DNA from: Candidatus Bathyarchaeia archaeon
GTDB taxonomy: Archaea; Thermoproteota; Bathyarchaeia; 40CM-2-53-6
Reading direction: 5' to 3'
Assembly: GCA_049513715.1 (NCBI GenBank)
Contig: JBEKVV010000006.1
Location: forward strand, 1-64,000
Length of the DNA stretch: 64,000 bases
Position 1 is the stretch's first letter, and the number at the start of each line of letters is the position of its first letter. A program made the translations under genes and the position numbers. Of the stretch, positions 19,150-29,777 are shown piece by piece. Under the pieces are notes generated by a model. That model did not search any database. It was given only the letters and a program-made list of their open reading frames with translations, and had not been told where the DNA came from.

Positions 19150-20451
19150 TTGCTCATGGAAAGCAGGCACGTCGTGACCTCTTTCTTGCAATGGCGTGAC
19201 GAAATCCTGCTTTTGCGTCGCAGTGGAAAGGTGGGAAGTTATCAAGGCCGATGGGCCACTGTGAGCGGCTATCTGGAGGGCGACGAGGACCCGCTCAAAC
19301 GCGCCAGAACGGAGATTATGCAAGAACTGGGGCTGGGCGCTGAGCAAGTCAGTTTTGTTCGTGGTGGCAACGTGCTTCGCGCTTTCGATGAAGACGTGAA
19401 TGCTCTGTGGGTGGTTCACCCATTTTTGTTCAAAACAATGGGCAATAGCCTCCGGCTCGATTGGGAGCACACTGAGTACCGATGGATCAAACCCAACGAG
19501 CTAGCCTCATTTGAATCCGTCCCGAAACTAAAGGAAACGTATGACCGCGTTCGCTGGGACACAGGCGCCGATACCGCAGCATTGTCCAAGATTCTCAGGA
19601 TAGTAATGGAATTCGGTCAGGACAGAATCCACGGTGCAAGCTTCCTCGGCGGTCGCGCGGTTGAAATCATCGCGGAAGCAGCCAGGGCTTCCGATGCAAG
19701 CGCCCCGGAGGAATTGTTTCGCGACATGTTACTTACAACTTGGAAGTTGCGCAAAGCGCAGCCAGGAATGGCGACTGTTGGAAACCTTACAGGACGAGTC
19801 TTGTATCGAATAAATAGTGAAATCCGGCGGGGTCCATCCTTGGAAGAATTCAGAAGCATGGTCATTTCGATGGCCAAGCAGGTAACCGTCGAGGCGGCAG
19901 ATGCGTCCGAGGATGCTGCTAGGAGTACTGTTGCCCTGCTTCCGGAGGAGGGCGTTGTTCTAACTCACAGCTACAGTAGCACTGTACGCAGGACACTTGA
20001 ACTCGGCATGAAAAGTGGCAGAAAACTAACGGTCTACGCAACTGAATCCTATCCGGGTTTTGAAGGGAAGGAACTAGCGAAGGATTTGGTCAACTTGGGA
20101 ATATCCGTGAAACTCATCACTGACTCCGCAGCCACCTCCATTGTGCCAGATGTGGACCTCGTACTTGTTGGTGCCGATAGCGTCTTGGCAGATGGCTCCT
20201 TGATCCACAAAGTTGGTACAAAGAGGATTGCGGCTAGCGCGAATGCAAAGGGTGTACCCGTCTATGTTTCGTGTGAAACCACAAAGTTCGACACAAACGA
20301 TTTTCTCGGAGAGCACCCGGAATACTCCACGAGCTTGTATGACCTTACGCCGAGCATGCATTTGTCGAGAATCATGACGGAGTTCGGCAGCATAACGCCG
20401 GGTCAAGTTGGTGAACGAATGCGGGTTCTGCTGAGAGAACTTTATACTTAG
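19150..20451 (+). CDS. NUDIX domain fused to eIF-2B/ribose-1,5-bisphosphate isomerase-like domain
   Basis: N-terminal SGYLEGDEDPLKRARTEIMQELG and LDWEH; C-terminal LTHSYSSTV, TESYP, VGAD, KVGT. Confidence 0.85.
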   Translation: MLMESRHVVTSFLQWRDEILLLRRSGKVGSYQGRWATVSGYLEGDEDPLKRARTEIMQELGLGAEQVSFVRGGNVLRAFDEDVNALWVVHPFLFKTMGNSLRLDWEHTEYRWIKPNELASFESVPKLKETYDRVRWDTGADTAALSKILRIVMEFGQDRIHGASFLGGRAVEIIAEAARASDASAPEELFRDMLLTTWKLRKAQPGMATVGNLTGRVLYRINSEIRRGPSLEEFRSMVISMAKQVTVEAADASEDAARSTVALLPEEGVVLTHSYSSTVRRTLELGMKSGRKLTVYATESYPGFEGKELAKDLVNLGISVKLITDSAATSIVPDVDLVLVGADSVLADGSLIHKVGTKRIAASANAKGVPVYVSCETTKFDTNDFLGEHPEYSTSLYDLTPSMHLSRIMTEFGSITPGQVGERMRVLLRELYT

Positions 20452-20484
20452 CGAGTGCGAGAAGCTGCGATTCCAATTAGCTGA

Positions 20485-20877
20485 GTGTTGAGCTTCTTGA
20501 GCGGTGTTCCAGAGGTAGACATACGAATTCGAAAACTAGTTCAAGCCGTGTTCCGCTCGCAAGGAATGATGCGGGAATATTTCACAGACCTCTTCCCCTA
20601 CATGCGTGAGGCGGTTCGCAAATTCGCCTTGGAAGGCATATGGGACAAAGTATACACAGACGTCCTAACGGGTGATTACGAGCTTGACAGGCTGTCGCTG
20701 TTCCTAAACCGCCTGTACACAGAGGATAAGCAACTCTTTGCATCATTCTTGGGATATGTAGTGAAGGAAGTATTGGAGAGGTTCCACGAACCTAAGGAGA
20801 GCCTTTCATGGATCTTTGAAGAATTGAAGGAGCTCGGTATCAAGTGGGACGGAAAGAAACTGGTAGCCGCTTCCTGA
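20485..20877 (+). CDS. Hypothetical protein
   Basis: 130-aa ORF filling the gap, protein-like composition. Confidence 0.6.
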   Translation: MLSFLSGVPEVDIRIRKLVQAVFRSQGMMREYFTDLFPYMREAVRKFALEGIWDKVYTDVLTGDYELDRLSLFLNRLYTEDKQLFASFLGYVVKEVLERFHEPKESLSWIFEELKELGIKWDGKKLVAAS

Positions 20878-22114
20878 AAACAAGTGACGCTTCCTCCGGT
20901 GGAGGCAGCCCGCGGAAAAGGAAATAGAAACCTACTGCCGAACCAAGGTACACGGCTCCGCCGATTATGAGAGGAGCAGAAATCGAGATGAAACTGTTCG
21001 AGCTCAAAAGGTAGCCTGCCAGTATGGGGCCGATGGAGCTCCCGACTCCCCAGATTGTATAGGTAATCGCGGAGGCGGAGGCGCGTTCGTCAGGCGTCAC
21101 AGTTCCCATCAAGTAGGATTGTTGAACAGGCCATGAGATGTTCATGAAGAAAGTGCGAATGACGAGGATTAAGCCCGCAAGCTGGTAGGTGGGGGCGAAG
21201 ATCATCATCCCCAACATTACTGCGGAAAAACCCTGTGTCCATAGCACGCTCCTCGCACTTCCGAAATTTCGTGTCAGTCTTGGGGCTACTGGCACGACAA
21301 CTAGAGATGTGATTTCAGCTGCCGCAATCCAAGGGCCAAGGATTGCCTCGTTGATCCCGTACATTCTGTTGAACCACAATGCAAGCAGTTGATACGAGAT
21401 GCCGGAGGCGAAACCCACGAGGCCGAAAGTAATCGAGAATTTGCATATTTGACGAAGCGATTTCTTTGGGAAGAATTTCTTGGGACTCGAATTTCTCAAT
21501 GATCCTGTATCTTCTTTCATAGGAAGTAAGACCAGTGCCGAGATGATCGAGAAGCCGATGAAAATCAGAAATACGTATTGGTATGACGCGAAGAATCGTA
21601 CTTGAAAATGCGTTCGAAACAGGAGGGGGAGTATACTCATCATAGCCCCTCCTGTGAGGGCAATGGTCCAGATACCCTGCGACCAAGCGAAGGCCTTCGT
21701 TCGTTTCTCATGTGTAGATTTCTGCGCTAGCAATGCCGTCCACGCGGGAACCCAAACCGCTGAGCTGAACCCACCAGCCAAGCCTACGCCTCCTATTGCC
21801 GCGGCCAACAGCAGCGAGTTCAAATCATGTGTGAAAGCAAAGAAGACATATGCTACAGCAGCTGACACGAGGCCACACATTGTGAAGGGCTTGCGTCCGT
21901 ATCTGTCGGCAGCGATCGCGAATGGAATGAGTCCCACGGTATTCGCGAAGGCCGAAACCGCAGACACTGCCCCGATAACCTCACCTGAAAATCCAATATC
22001 GCTCAAGTAGATCGGCAAAACAACTAGAGTGAAACCTAGAGGCAAAGAATTAAGGCCCATCGCGAGTAGCAACATGTTAACGTCGCGTCGACTGTGCGTT
22101 TCCTTGCTACTCAA
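20840..22114 (-). CDS. MFS transporter
   Basis: About 12 TM segments, ADRYGRK motif A. Confidence 0.92.
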   Translation of the reverse strand: MSSKETHSRRDVNMLLLAMGLNSLPLGFTLVVLPIYLSDIGFSGEVIGAVSAVSAFANTVGLIPFAIAADRYGRKPFTMCGLVSAAVAYVFFAFTHDLNSLLLAAAIGGVGLAGGFSSAVWVPAWTALLAQKSTHEKRTKAFAWSQGIWTIALTGGAMMSILPLLFRTHFQVRFFASYQYVFLIFIGFSIISALVLLPMKEDTGSLRNSSPKKFFPKKSLRQICKFSITFGLVGFASGISYQLLALWFNRMYGINEAILGPWIAAAEITSLVVVPVAPRLTRNFGSARSVLWTQGFSAVMLGMMIFAPTYQLAGLILVIRTFFMNISWPVQQSYLMGTVTPDERASASAITYTIWGVGSSIGPILAGYLLSSNSFISISAPLIIGGAVYLGSAVGFYFLFRGLPPPEEASLVFRKRLPVSFRPT

Positions 22115-22217
22115 GAGGCCGTAAACCTCAGGTGGATTTAGGTGACATTACAGGTTCCTTGGTCTATGGCTTTCGCTATCGCCATTGAGACTTTAAAAAA
22201 GGAGGGTTGGGCGAAGT

Positions 22218-22529
22218 TTACTGACAGATCATTAGACAGTTGCCGACTTTGTACTCGCCACGTGCATGCCCAGGAAAGGCACCGGCACCAAACCCAGGTG
22301 CACCGTAAGCGTAACCAAATGGTAGGCCGTAGTAATTGCAGCCCCAGTCGTACATTTGGGGGTAGCCGTAAGGCATACCGTAGCTCAGGCCGGCGTACTG
22401 GTAAGGCGAGGCGAAAGTGTACGGTTGGCTGTAACCACCGCCGAACGGTTGGCTGTAACCACCGCCGAAGTACGGATATTGGTAGGGTTGGTTGTACGGA
22501 TATGTTCCACAACAGTTGGACATCATCAA
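22218..22529 (-). CDS. Tyr/Gly/Pro-rich low-complexity small protein with Cys at both termini
   Basis: NCCGTYPYNQPYQYPYFGGGYSQPFGGGYSQPY...GNCLMICQ; T-tract terminator-like run just downstream. Confidence 0.7.
   Translation of the reverse strand: MMMSNCCGTYPYNQPYQYPYFGGGYSQPFGGGYSQPYTFASPYQYAGLSYGMPYGYPQMYDWGCNYYGLPFGYAYGAPGFGAGAFPGHARGEYKVGNCLMICQ
22422..22469. repeat. Perfect 24-bp tandem duplication (FGGGYSQP x2)
   Basis: CGGTTGGCTGTAACCACCGCCGAA twice. Confidence 0.95.
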
Positions 22530-22981
22530 ACGCCCTGAGTAACGAGACTTCCAGCGGCCAAATTAAGCGTATCCGGGTCTTCGCGACGTCGTGTATGCTC
22601 CTGTGCCAACCTTAGTTTCGAGGCGAATATCATTTGCGCCCTATACTGCAAGCAGCGTTCTAGTCACACCTCAGATCCAATTGCATAACAATGATTCTCG
22701 AAAAGGGGGCAGAGAGTTGGAGGCGCGTTTAGAGCAATTCCATTCGAGAAAGTTCAGGTTCACTTCCTCTGTTTCAGAGGCACGCGCTTGACCATCAACT
22801 GTTCCTGCATACAGAGGCGGGTTGTATTTCGCAAAATCCCAATAATCACCGAAAGAATCGCCTGCAGCCCCTGTGGAACTTGGGTAGTTCGATTTCGTTC
22901 CGGTGAATGAGACCCGCCCTCAACCTTTAAGGAAAATCACTGAACTATTAGGCGCTAACGGAACCACGGGAAGACTGGTGC

Positions 22982-23668
22982 TTGAAGGTCAAAGCTATCG
23001 TCGTAGACATGGACGGAACCATAACGAAATTCAATCTCAACTTCATGGAAGCCCGCAAGCACGCACTTGGGATTCTTGAGGAAATGAACCTGCGAACTCC
23101 AGACATGACTGAGCAAGTCAGCCTATATCTTATTCTCGCATCGCTCAAAGAGAAACTGAACTCCGAAACCTACGCAACGGTCCGTTCTAGGTTCTACAAA
23201 TTGCTTGAAGAAATGGAGTTGAAATCAGCAAAGAAGGTCGCGCTTTACCCCGGCGCGCGTGAAACTCTCCTATCCATCCGGCGCCGTCCTGTTAAGATTG
23301 GAATAGTCACAAACAACGGCCATGCGGGAACCGATTTGACCTTCAAACGGTTGAAGTTGCAAGGGATTTTTGATGCCATCGTAACTAGAGACGACTGCGA
23401 AGATATGAAACCATCACCCAACCCTGTTCGAAAGATCATGGCAGATCTAGATGTCAAACCGGAGGAGGGAATTCTAGTTGGCGACGGCGTGATGGACATT
23501 ATGGCGGCGAAGGCCGCGGGCCTATCGTCTGTTGCTGTTACAACCGGTCCATTCAACAGCGCACGGTTAATCGAGGCTGAGCCCGACTACCTTCTAGGCT
23601 CAATCAATGATCTACCGGCTCTACTCGACTTACTTGAGAGCAAAGGGACAAAAGAAGTGCCAGGTTGA
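22982..23668 (+). CDS. HAD-superfamily phosphatase (phosphoglycolate phosphatase-like)
   Basis: DMDGT, VTN, KPSP, VGDGVMD. Confidence 0.9.
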   Translation: MKVKAIVVDMDGTITKFNLNFMEARKHALGILEEMNLRTPDMTEQVSLYLILASLKEKLNSETYATVRSRFYKLLEEMELKSAKKVALYPGARETLLSIRRRPVKIGIVTNNGHAGTDLTFKRLKLQGIFDAIVTRDDCEDMKPSPNPVRKIMADLDVKPEEGILVGDGVMDIMAAKAAGLSSVAVTTGPFNSARLIEAEPDYLLGSINDLPALLDLLESKGTKEVPG

Positions 23669-23802
23669 ATTGACCCCCGGCAAAACGGAGCAGATTAGAT
23701 TCTCTGCTTAACATCAAATCAGAGCTCACGCGGTAGAGGTGCTGAACTTGTAATTCTCCTGTCTCCTGAGTACCGCCATTCGCTAAATAGCCTCTCGAAA
23801 TA

Positions 23803-24693
23803 GTGACGCTCGGTTGTCTGCTTATGAAAGGTCGAGAGAACGGCGCGGTTCGTTATGGGTTGTATGTTCCCAACTTTGGCAAGGCGTCATATGCGCGCAC
23901 ACTGGCGGAGCTCGCACGTGAGGCTGAAGAGTATGCATGGGACGGGTTCTTCCTATGGGACCACCTCGTCGACGAGGGCCCAAGGCACCATCCGACAGTC
24001 GACACGTACACAGCGTTGTCTGCGATTGCGATGAATACCAAACGCATACGGATTGGAACCACGGTGTCACCCCTCGCCCGCCGCAGGCCTTGGCTTGTAG
24101 CGCGCGAAACAGCTTCACTGGACCATCTTTCGAATGGGCGATTAATACTCGGAGTCGGTTTAGGATTCCCCAAAGGCGAGGACTATGAAACGTTCGGAGA
24201 GGTCAGCGATGATCGAGTACGGGCTGAGAAGCTCGATGAGTCTTTGGAGATCATCACAGGCCTTTGGACGGGAAAGCCATTCAGCTACCAGGGCAAACAT
24301 TACCAAGTGAAGAGAACCCTTTTCCTTCCCCCAACAAAACAGAAACCGCGAATTCCAATTTGGGTTGGTGGGTTCTGGCCACATAAAGGCCCGTTCAGAC
24401 GAGCTGCGAGATGGGACGGCGTCCTACCTCTCCACACTCCCAACCCCATCAGGCCTAGCCCAGAGGATTTACGGAACATTCTCGCTTACATCAAGGAGCA
24501 TCGGAAGAACAACGCTCCGTTAGACGCAGCAGTTATCGGGTGGGGAACCGGCAAAGACAGAAGCAAGGATGCTGAGAAGATTCGACCTTATGTCGAAGCG
24601 GGCATGACTTGGTGGCTCGAGAGCCTTTACGGAGCTAAGGATTCGCCGGAAAGGATGCGTGCGAGAATTCGGCAAGGGCCATCAAGAATCTGA
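23803..24693 (+). CDS. LLM-class flavin/F420-dependent oxidoreductase
   Basis: WDGFFLWDH, LDHLSNGRLILGVG, PIWVGG. Confidence 0.9.
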   Translation: MTLGCLLMKGRENGAVRYGLYVPNFGKASYARTLAELAREAEEYAWDGFFLWDHLVDEGPRHHPTVDTYTALSAIAMNTKRIRIGTTVSPLARRRPWLVARETASLDHLSNGRLILGVGLGFPKGEDYETFGEVSDDRVRAEKLDESLEIITGLWTGKPFSYQGKHYQVKRTLFLPPTKQKPRIPIWVGGFWPHKGPFRRAARWDGVLPLHTPNPIRPSPEDLRNILAYIKEHRKNNAPLDAAVIGWGTGKDRSKDAEKIRPYVEAGMTWWLESLYGAKDSPERMRARIRQGPSRI

Positions 24694-24731
24694 GATCATG
24701 TCGGCCGTTGAACCTAACCGGACCAGTGCAA

Positions 24732-25097
24732 TTAGCCCGCGCGCACACCATTGGGAACCGGCCGTTCAGGCACTGCGAGCACAGGTGTTATCCCATCGGC
24801 ATATCCAATATCGAATACCATGCCCTCGGAAAGTACTCCCATCATCGACTTGGGTTCCAGGTTAACAACAAACAATGCCTGTTTTCCCTGCACTTCCTTT
24901 GGGTCTTGCCGTTCTTTCTTCATTCCAACCACTACGGTCCGCTTGCGGTCTCCAAAGTCCACAGTGAGCTTCACTAATTTCTCCGAGCCAGCCACGTCAT
25001 CAACACGTTGGATTGTTCCAACCCTAACATCAATTCTTTCAAGCACGTCGAGAGTTACAACTGGCTTAACGGGAGCGGTAGCGGTTTTGGTTGACAT
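24732..25097 (-). CDS. tRNA-binding OB-fold protein (Trbp111/CsaA family)
   Basis: IDVRVGTI, VVNLEP, GVLSEGM; start moved to MSTK. Confidence 0.88.
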   Translation of the reverse strand: MSTKTATAPVKPVVTLDVLERIDVRVGTIQRVDDVAGSEKLVKLTVDFGDRKRTVVVGMKKERQDPKEVQGKQALFVVNLEPKSMMGVLSEGMVFDIGYADGITPVLAVPERPVPNGVRAG

Positions 25098-25159
25098 GCC
25101 CCCTCTTTCTCTACTGGCGCGAAATAAACACGATTCTGGTCGGAGAGCCAAACAGAATC

Positions 25160-25795
25160 CTACAGGCCAATAGCCCCTCTGACGAAGGTCATTCCGAAGT
25201 AGACGAGAATCAGGCCGAACGCAATCAACGCGATTTTGTAGTACCTCGATCCTATGACGCTCTTGCCCTTCTTCGCCATGTGAGCAAGGGCTGTTAAGAA
25301 AGCGTAGTCCATCCAGACGTGGGACACATACATGATCAAGACGCCGACGATGGCCGCGAACGCCAACGCCTCAACTATCATCACGGACCCAATTGTCAAC
25401 CACCATAAGATGAAGTACGGGTTGAAGCCTGTCAAGGCAAGTCCGAGTACTAGTGAGCTTGTGCGTAGGGTTTTGGTTTCGTTCTTTCCAACTGGAGCCG
25501 GTTTGCTTTTGATGGTTTGATAGATTTGCAACACACCAAAACCAATCAGTCCGATACCCCCAGCGAGGCCGATTGCGAATTCTATTGCTGGTTGGGCTGC
25601 TACGGCAAGCAAGCCGAAGGCAAGTGCCATTACTAAGGGGAACTCCACGAGGGTGTGCCCGATCGCGCAAAAGAATCCGGATCTCGCCCCCTCCTTACTG
25701 CCCTGCACGAGTAACCCAAAGAACAACGGTCCAGGGGCAAGTGCACCGGACGCGGTGACGACAACAACTGTGATTATGAAATTGAGCAAGTCCAT
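25160..25795 (-). CDS. LysE family translocator
   Basis: SGALAPGP, GHTLVE, NPYFILWW. Confidence 0.9.
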   Translation of the reverse strand: MDLLNFIITVVVVTASGALAPGPLFFGLLVQGSKEGARSGFFCAIGHTLVEFPLVMALAFGLLAVAAQPAIEFAIGLAGGIGLIGFGVLQIYQTIKSKPAPVGKNETKTLRTSSLVLGLALTGFNPYFILWWLTIGSVMIVEALAFAAIVGVLIMYVSHVWMDYAFLTALAHMAKKGKSVIGSRYYKIALIAFGLILVYFGMTFVRGAIGL

Positions 25796-25956
25796 GCGTC
25801 AGTACTGTCCCAAGTTTCTCAGAGAGTTTCATGCTCTTTTTTTGCTGCGTCTTGAAACTTGACACCTTGTATGGTTGAGGCGGTTAATCAGTCGTACTGA
25901 CAATTCGAACTTGTGAGTGTCGATGGTTTAGGTGTGTGGTTCTTCCGAGGGGTATT

Positions 25957-26703
25957 CTATAGCAGGAGACCTATGCCGTAGCTCACTAGTGCAGTGACCA
26001 AGCCTATGATGAGCAGTTGTAGGCCAGATTTCCACCATACGCCAACCGTGACAGTCGCCTTGTAGGCACCAACAGCAAATAGTGATGCGCCTGCGAATGC
26101 TATCGAACCCCATATTGCAAGTGAGACTGGCAATCCTAAGAATGGGGCCACTGGGATCAGAGAACCGATAACGGCTGCGAATCCAACGATTAAGGCGGTT
26201 CTCAGCAGACCCTTGTCCTCGACCGGTGAAACCTTCAGCTCCTCAGCAAGCATCACGTCCACCCAGCGTTGTTCGTCCGACGTGATTGTATCCACGATAT
26301 CGTCGAGTTGTTTGCCAGTGAAACCTTTCGTTAGGTAAATTTGTCTAATCTCCTCACGTTCTATCGCTGAGAATCTTCGAATATGCTCCTTTTCGCGTTC
26401 GACTTGGCTTTTGAATAAATCTCGGTCAGCTAGCGTCGAGGTATATGCAACAGCCGCCATGGAGAGCGACTCGGCAAACGTCGTTGCAAGAGCTGCGGCA
26501 ATTATGATTCTCGGTACTCCCGAAGCAGCAGCGACACCCAGCACAACACCGAGAACATTAACTATGCCATCCTGCCCACCCAAAATCACGTCGCTAATCC
26601 GTGACCCTGCACTGTGAAGCCTTTGGTGCGCCTCCAAATCCCGGGGCGTTGGTATTTGGCGTTCGCGAGATTTGCGAGAGGAATTAAACAATCCAGTCCC
26701 CAC
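25957..26703 (-). CDS. VIT1/CCC1 family Fe/Mn transporter
   Basis: ILGGQDGIV, SMAAVAY, EREEIRQIY. Confidence 0.9.
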   Translation of the reverse strand: MGTGLFNSSRKSRERQIPTPRDLEAHQRLHSAGSRISDVILGGQDGIVNVLGVVLGVAAASGVPRIIIAAALATTFAESLSMAAVAYTSTLADRDLFKSQVEREKEHIRRFSAIEREEIRQIYLTKGFTGKQLDDIVDTITSDEQRWVDVMLAEELKVSPVEDKGLLRTALIVGFAAVIGSLIPVAPFLGLPVSLAIWGSIAFAGASLFAVGAYKATVTVGVWWKSGLQLLIIGLVTALVSYGIGLLL

Positions 26704-26723
26704 TGGAGCAACAACTGTGGGGT

Positions 26724-27575
26724 TCAGACTTCTATACTCATACCCTTACTGGATCTTCCCAGTGCTCTTACAATATCGTGCTTGGTGAGTAGGCCGACCA
26801 CTTTCTTACCATTATCGAGCACAGGCAGGCTGCTAACTCCCTTCTCAATCATGAGTTGGGCTGTTTGAACAAGGTCCATGCCCTCAGGGACTGTGACAGG
26901 GTTTTTCGACATCAAGTTGCCGGTGGTTATCAATGCCGCGTCACTTTCCCTCTTGGACAGTCGTCCATGCAATGCTCTCGGAGTCTTTTCCCTAATTGCC
27001 AACAGGTCTGAAAGCGTCAGCATGCCGACTAATTCCTCATCGATGACAGGAACTCCGGGTTGCCGAAACAAAATGGCTTGTGCCACATGAATAATAGGGT
27101 AGGTGCTCTTGGCGAAGATGAAGTCGCTGGACATGAATTCACTCACTTTGAATTTGGCAGTCGACCTCTTTCCGAAATACCGACAGAGGTCTGTTTCCGT
27201 AACGATACCCGCGAGTGGTTTTTCATTAGTAACAACGGTGTACGCGAGGTTCTCTGTATCAAACAACCGTGCGGCATTGAAAACAGGCAGGTATGGGCGA
27301 ATCGTCGGAATGGATTGCACGGAGGCCTCTGAAACTTGGATTTCCTCGAGGCTGCGAGATGTGTCGTCCTCTAGGAGAAAGCGAGCAATATCTCTTTTCG
27401 ATATGAGGCCAATCGGGCGGCTGCGTTGATCAATGACAACCAGTTGCGAGACGCGGTCTTTCGTCATTCGGTCTCTCGTTTTCAGCAATGAGTCGGTTGG
27501 GTTTATCGTGAAGACTGGTGTGGTCATGATATCGTGGACTGTATCAATTTGAGGTACAGTCTGTACTCGCGTCAA
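26724..27575 (-). CDS. CBS domain protein (four CBS motifs)
   Basis: Repeated IMT/LMS..PV and GxxTxxD motifs. Confidence 0.88.
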   Translation of the reverse strand: MTRVQTVPQIDTVHDIMTTPVFTINPTDSLLKTRDRMTKDRVSQLVVIDQRSRPIGLISKRDIARFLLEDDTSRSLEEIQVSEASVQSIPTIRPYLPVFNAARLFDTENLAYTVVTNEKPLAGIVTETDLCRYFGKRSTAKFKVSEFMSSDFIFAKSTYPIIHVAQAILFRQPGVPVIDEELVGMLTLSDLLAIREKTPRALHGRLSKRESDAALITTGNLMSKNPVTVPEGMDLVQTAQLMIEKGVSSLPVLDNGKKVVGLLTKHDIVRALGRSSKGMSIEV

Positions 27576-27743
27576 AAGGATATTCCCGCTCTTAGAACGT
27601 GTCTTCGCTCGGTAGCTCGGGTTTTGATATAAGTGACTTTAATGATTCTCAGAGCTGGTTTTGATATCCAAAAGAAAGTAACTAGTGTATTGTGGCAACT
27701 TCATTTTGTGGGATAAAATCAGCAATCGGGGAAGGCTGGGTAG

Positions 27744-28940
27744 TTAGTTCTGCCTTATGGTTAGCTTAGATGTGATCATCATCCCTCTTTCAGCTAAGTA
27801 GCGCATGAATCTGCGGCGGACATCTCCTTTGAACGCCAGTTCTGGTGGAACAAGGCCTTTCGCATCAACTTCACCGGCCCCAACCAATTTCGCAGCTATA
27901 GCGCAAGGAAAGGCGGTTGTGCGGGCCATCGAAGTCAAACCCTGCCTAGGGTCATAATGGTCTATCATCTCATACCGATGGTGGACTTGGTTACCTTTTC
28001 TCCGGCCGGCCACATCAACTCTGAGGAGAGTAAGGTCTCTTTCCTTTCCCAAACTGATTCGGTCGGATAGAACGCTGGCAACAAATTGCCGGGGGACCAC
28101 GCGATTTCCATCAAAAACCACTGGGTCGGTATCTAGTAGGCCGCACTCAATCAAGGTCTTTATTTGGGCAACATGGCCGGGCCACCGGATCGTTTTCTCA
28201 TCCATTTCTTTCACGCCCTTCAACGTTTGGACCAGGGATGAGAGGCCGTCAGTGTAGAAGCACTCACAATCACCAATGGGCTCGCGGAAGGACACTCTCT
28301 CAAGTCCAGTAAGGGCGGGGACATCTGTGATTTTTCCATTCTTGACGATTCTTGCTTCGCGTAAGTATTCCTCTAACACGGCCTCGAAGGAGAAGACGAT
28401 CCTGTAGTTTAGAGGTGGTTTCGGTTTCTCTGGGATGCCTCCTACTTTGATGTGGACCTCTTGGACTCTATCCATATCTTCGGCAGCTTCCATTGCGAGT
28501 ATATTCGTCAAGCCAGGAGCCAACCCGCACGCGGGGATGATCGTTATTGCTTTCTTCTTTGCCGCGGCGTGAATTCTGCCCCGTTCGAATCGCCATCCAA
28601 AGATCAAATCCACGAAATTCACGCCTGCCAGAATTGTTGATTTGATTACGTATTCACTGAACTCGTGGGGAAGGGCGCCAATTCCTACGTCAACCCCTTT
28701 CAGAACCCTCACATTATCCGATTGACGGCGGACATCGTGAAACCTCACGTGAAGCTTCGATGACCTAATTCTTCTTTGAACTGAGTTCAATCGTTTGCGA
28801 TCTATGTCGTAGACGGTGACCTCGTCGACATCATCTGCCCCGACCAAGTCTTGGGCTATGGCTGAACCCATCAAACCTGAGCCGAAAACCGCTATCCTCA
28901 AACCTGAAAGCACCTGCGACAACGTGGCTCTTTTTCCCAT
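27744..28940 (-). CDS. Saccharopine dehydrogenase / lysine 6-dehydrogenase family protein
   Basis: GSGLMG Rossmann motif, CGLAPG, KTIRWPGH, SMARTT. Confidence 0.88.
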   Translation of the reverse strand: MGKRATLSQVLSGLRIAVFGSGLMGSAIAQDLVGADDVDEVTVYDIDRKRLNSVQRRIRSSKLHVRFHDVRRQSDNVRVLKGVDVGIGALPHEFSEYVIKSTILAGVNFVDLIFGWRFERGRIHAAAKKKAITIIPACGLAPGLTNILAMEAAEDMDRVQEVHIKVGGIPEKPKPPLNYRIVFSFEAVLEEYLREARIVKNGKITDVPALTGLERVSFREPIGDCECFYTDGLSSLVQTLKGVKEMDEKTIRWPGHVAQIKTLIECGLLDTDPVVFDGNRVVPRQFVASVLSDRISLGKERDLTLLRVDVAGRRKGNQVHHRYEMIDHYDPRQGLTSMARTTAFPCAIAAKLVGAGEVDAKGLVPPELAFKGDVRRRFMRYLAERGMMITSKLTIRQN

Positions 28941-29266
28941 CGCAGAAGTAAACCTGCCGAAAAGAAATCAAATGTGGTCGCTGCCGCACACATTCAGTCT
29001 GTCGAAACGCAGACCTCAAATTCAAAGCGCTCTGCCGGTTGCGGACCGTCAGTAGGGTTGAAGCTGGCAAGCTAGAAAGGAACGTTCTGCCCGCGTCAAC
29101 GCATCAAAACTGATAGTTGCGTGCATCAAGATCTCAACAGAATCTTGGGTGATCGTTTGCTCAATGCTGCCAACCAATTTGATGATTTCTTTCAGGGCTG
29201 TAGATTTTGGTGTTCTGCTAGAATCGAGCCTCAAAGTCACGCCGCAAACGAAGTTGAGGGCCTTGT

Positions 29267-29575
29267 CTAGGTTTCCACGAAGACGTCGTTTCCTTGCACA
29301 ACCGTAGTGAAGGTCTTAAGCGGTTTTGTTGCAGGGGGATTCAGCACTTCCCCAGTTTCAACTTTGAAGCGGGATAGGTGGAGAGGGCATGTGATTGTAT
29401 CCTCCAAAACGAACCCATTAACAAGCTCCGCGTATTCGTGCGTGCAAATGTTGGACATGGCGTAGACTTTGCCGTCGAGATTAACGACTAGAATGCTCTG
29501 GCCTTCTATTTCGAAAGCCCGCTTGTCCCCTGAGCTTAGTTCGTTGAGGCTGCAGACTCTTGTGAGCTTGCCCAT
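29267..29575 (-). CDS. Rieske-type [2Fe-2S] ferredoxin
   Basis: CTH...CPLH. Confidence 0.92.
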   Translation of the reverse strand: MGKLTRVCSLNELSSGDKRAFEIEGQSILVVNLDGKVYAMSNICTHEYAELVNGFVLEDTITCPLHLSRFKVETGEVLNPPATKPLKTFTTVVQGNDVFVET

Positions 29576-29777
29576 GTCTCGTGCACGATGTGTTAGAGTG
29601 ACTGTTCTTGGATATGGCTTTGGGGCTGCCTAGCTGGTTTCCCTGAGTTTTCGATTGCGCGTCAGAATCCGTTTCTAGTTCGGGTGTGAGTCGCTAGCAG
29701 AATTGGAAAACAGGCAGCACGAATATAGTTCGACCAAGCTTCCGAATCACTAACAAACCTGGTGTTGGCCCAGAAGT

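Noticed and set aside
29049..29240. 63-aa minus-strand ORF
   Set aside because: Plausible gap filler but has no motif or other support.
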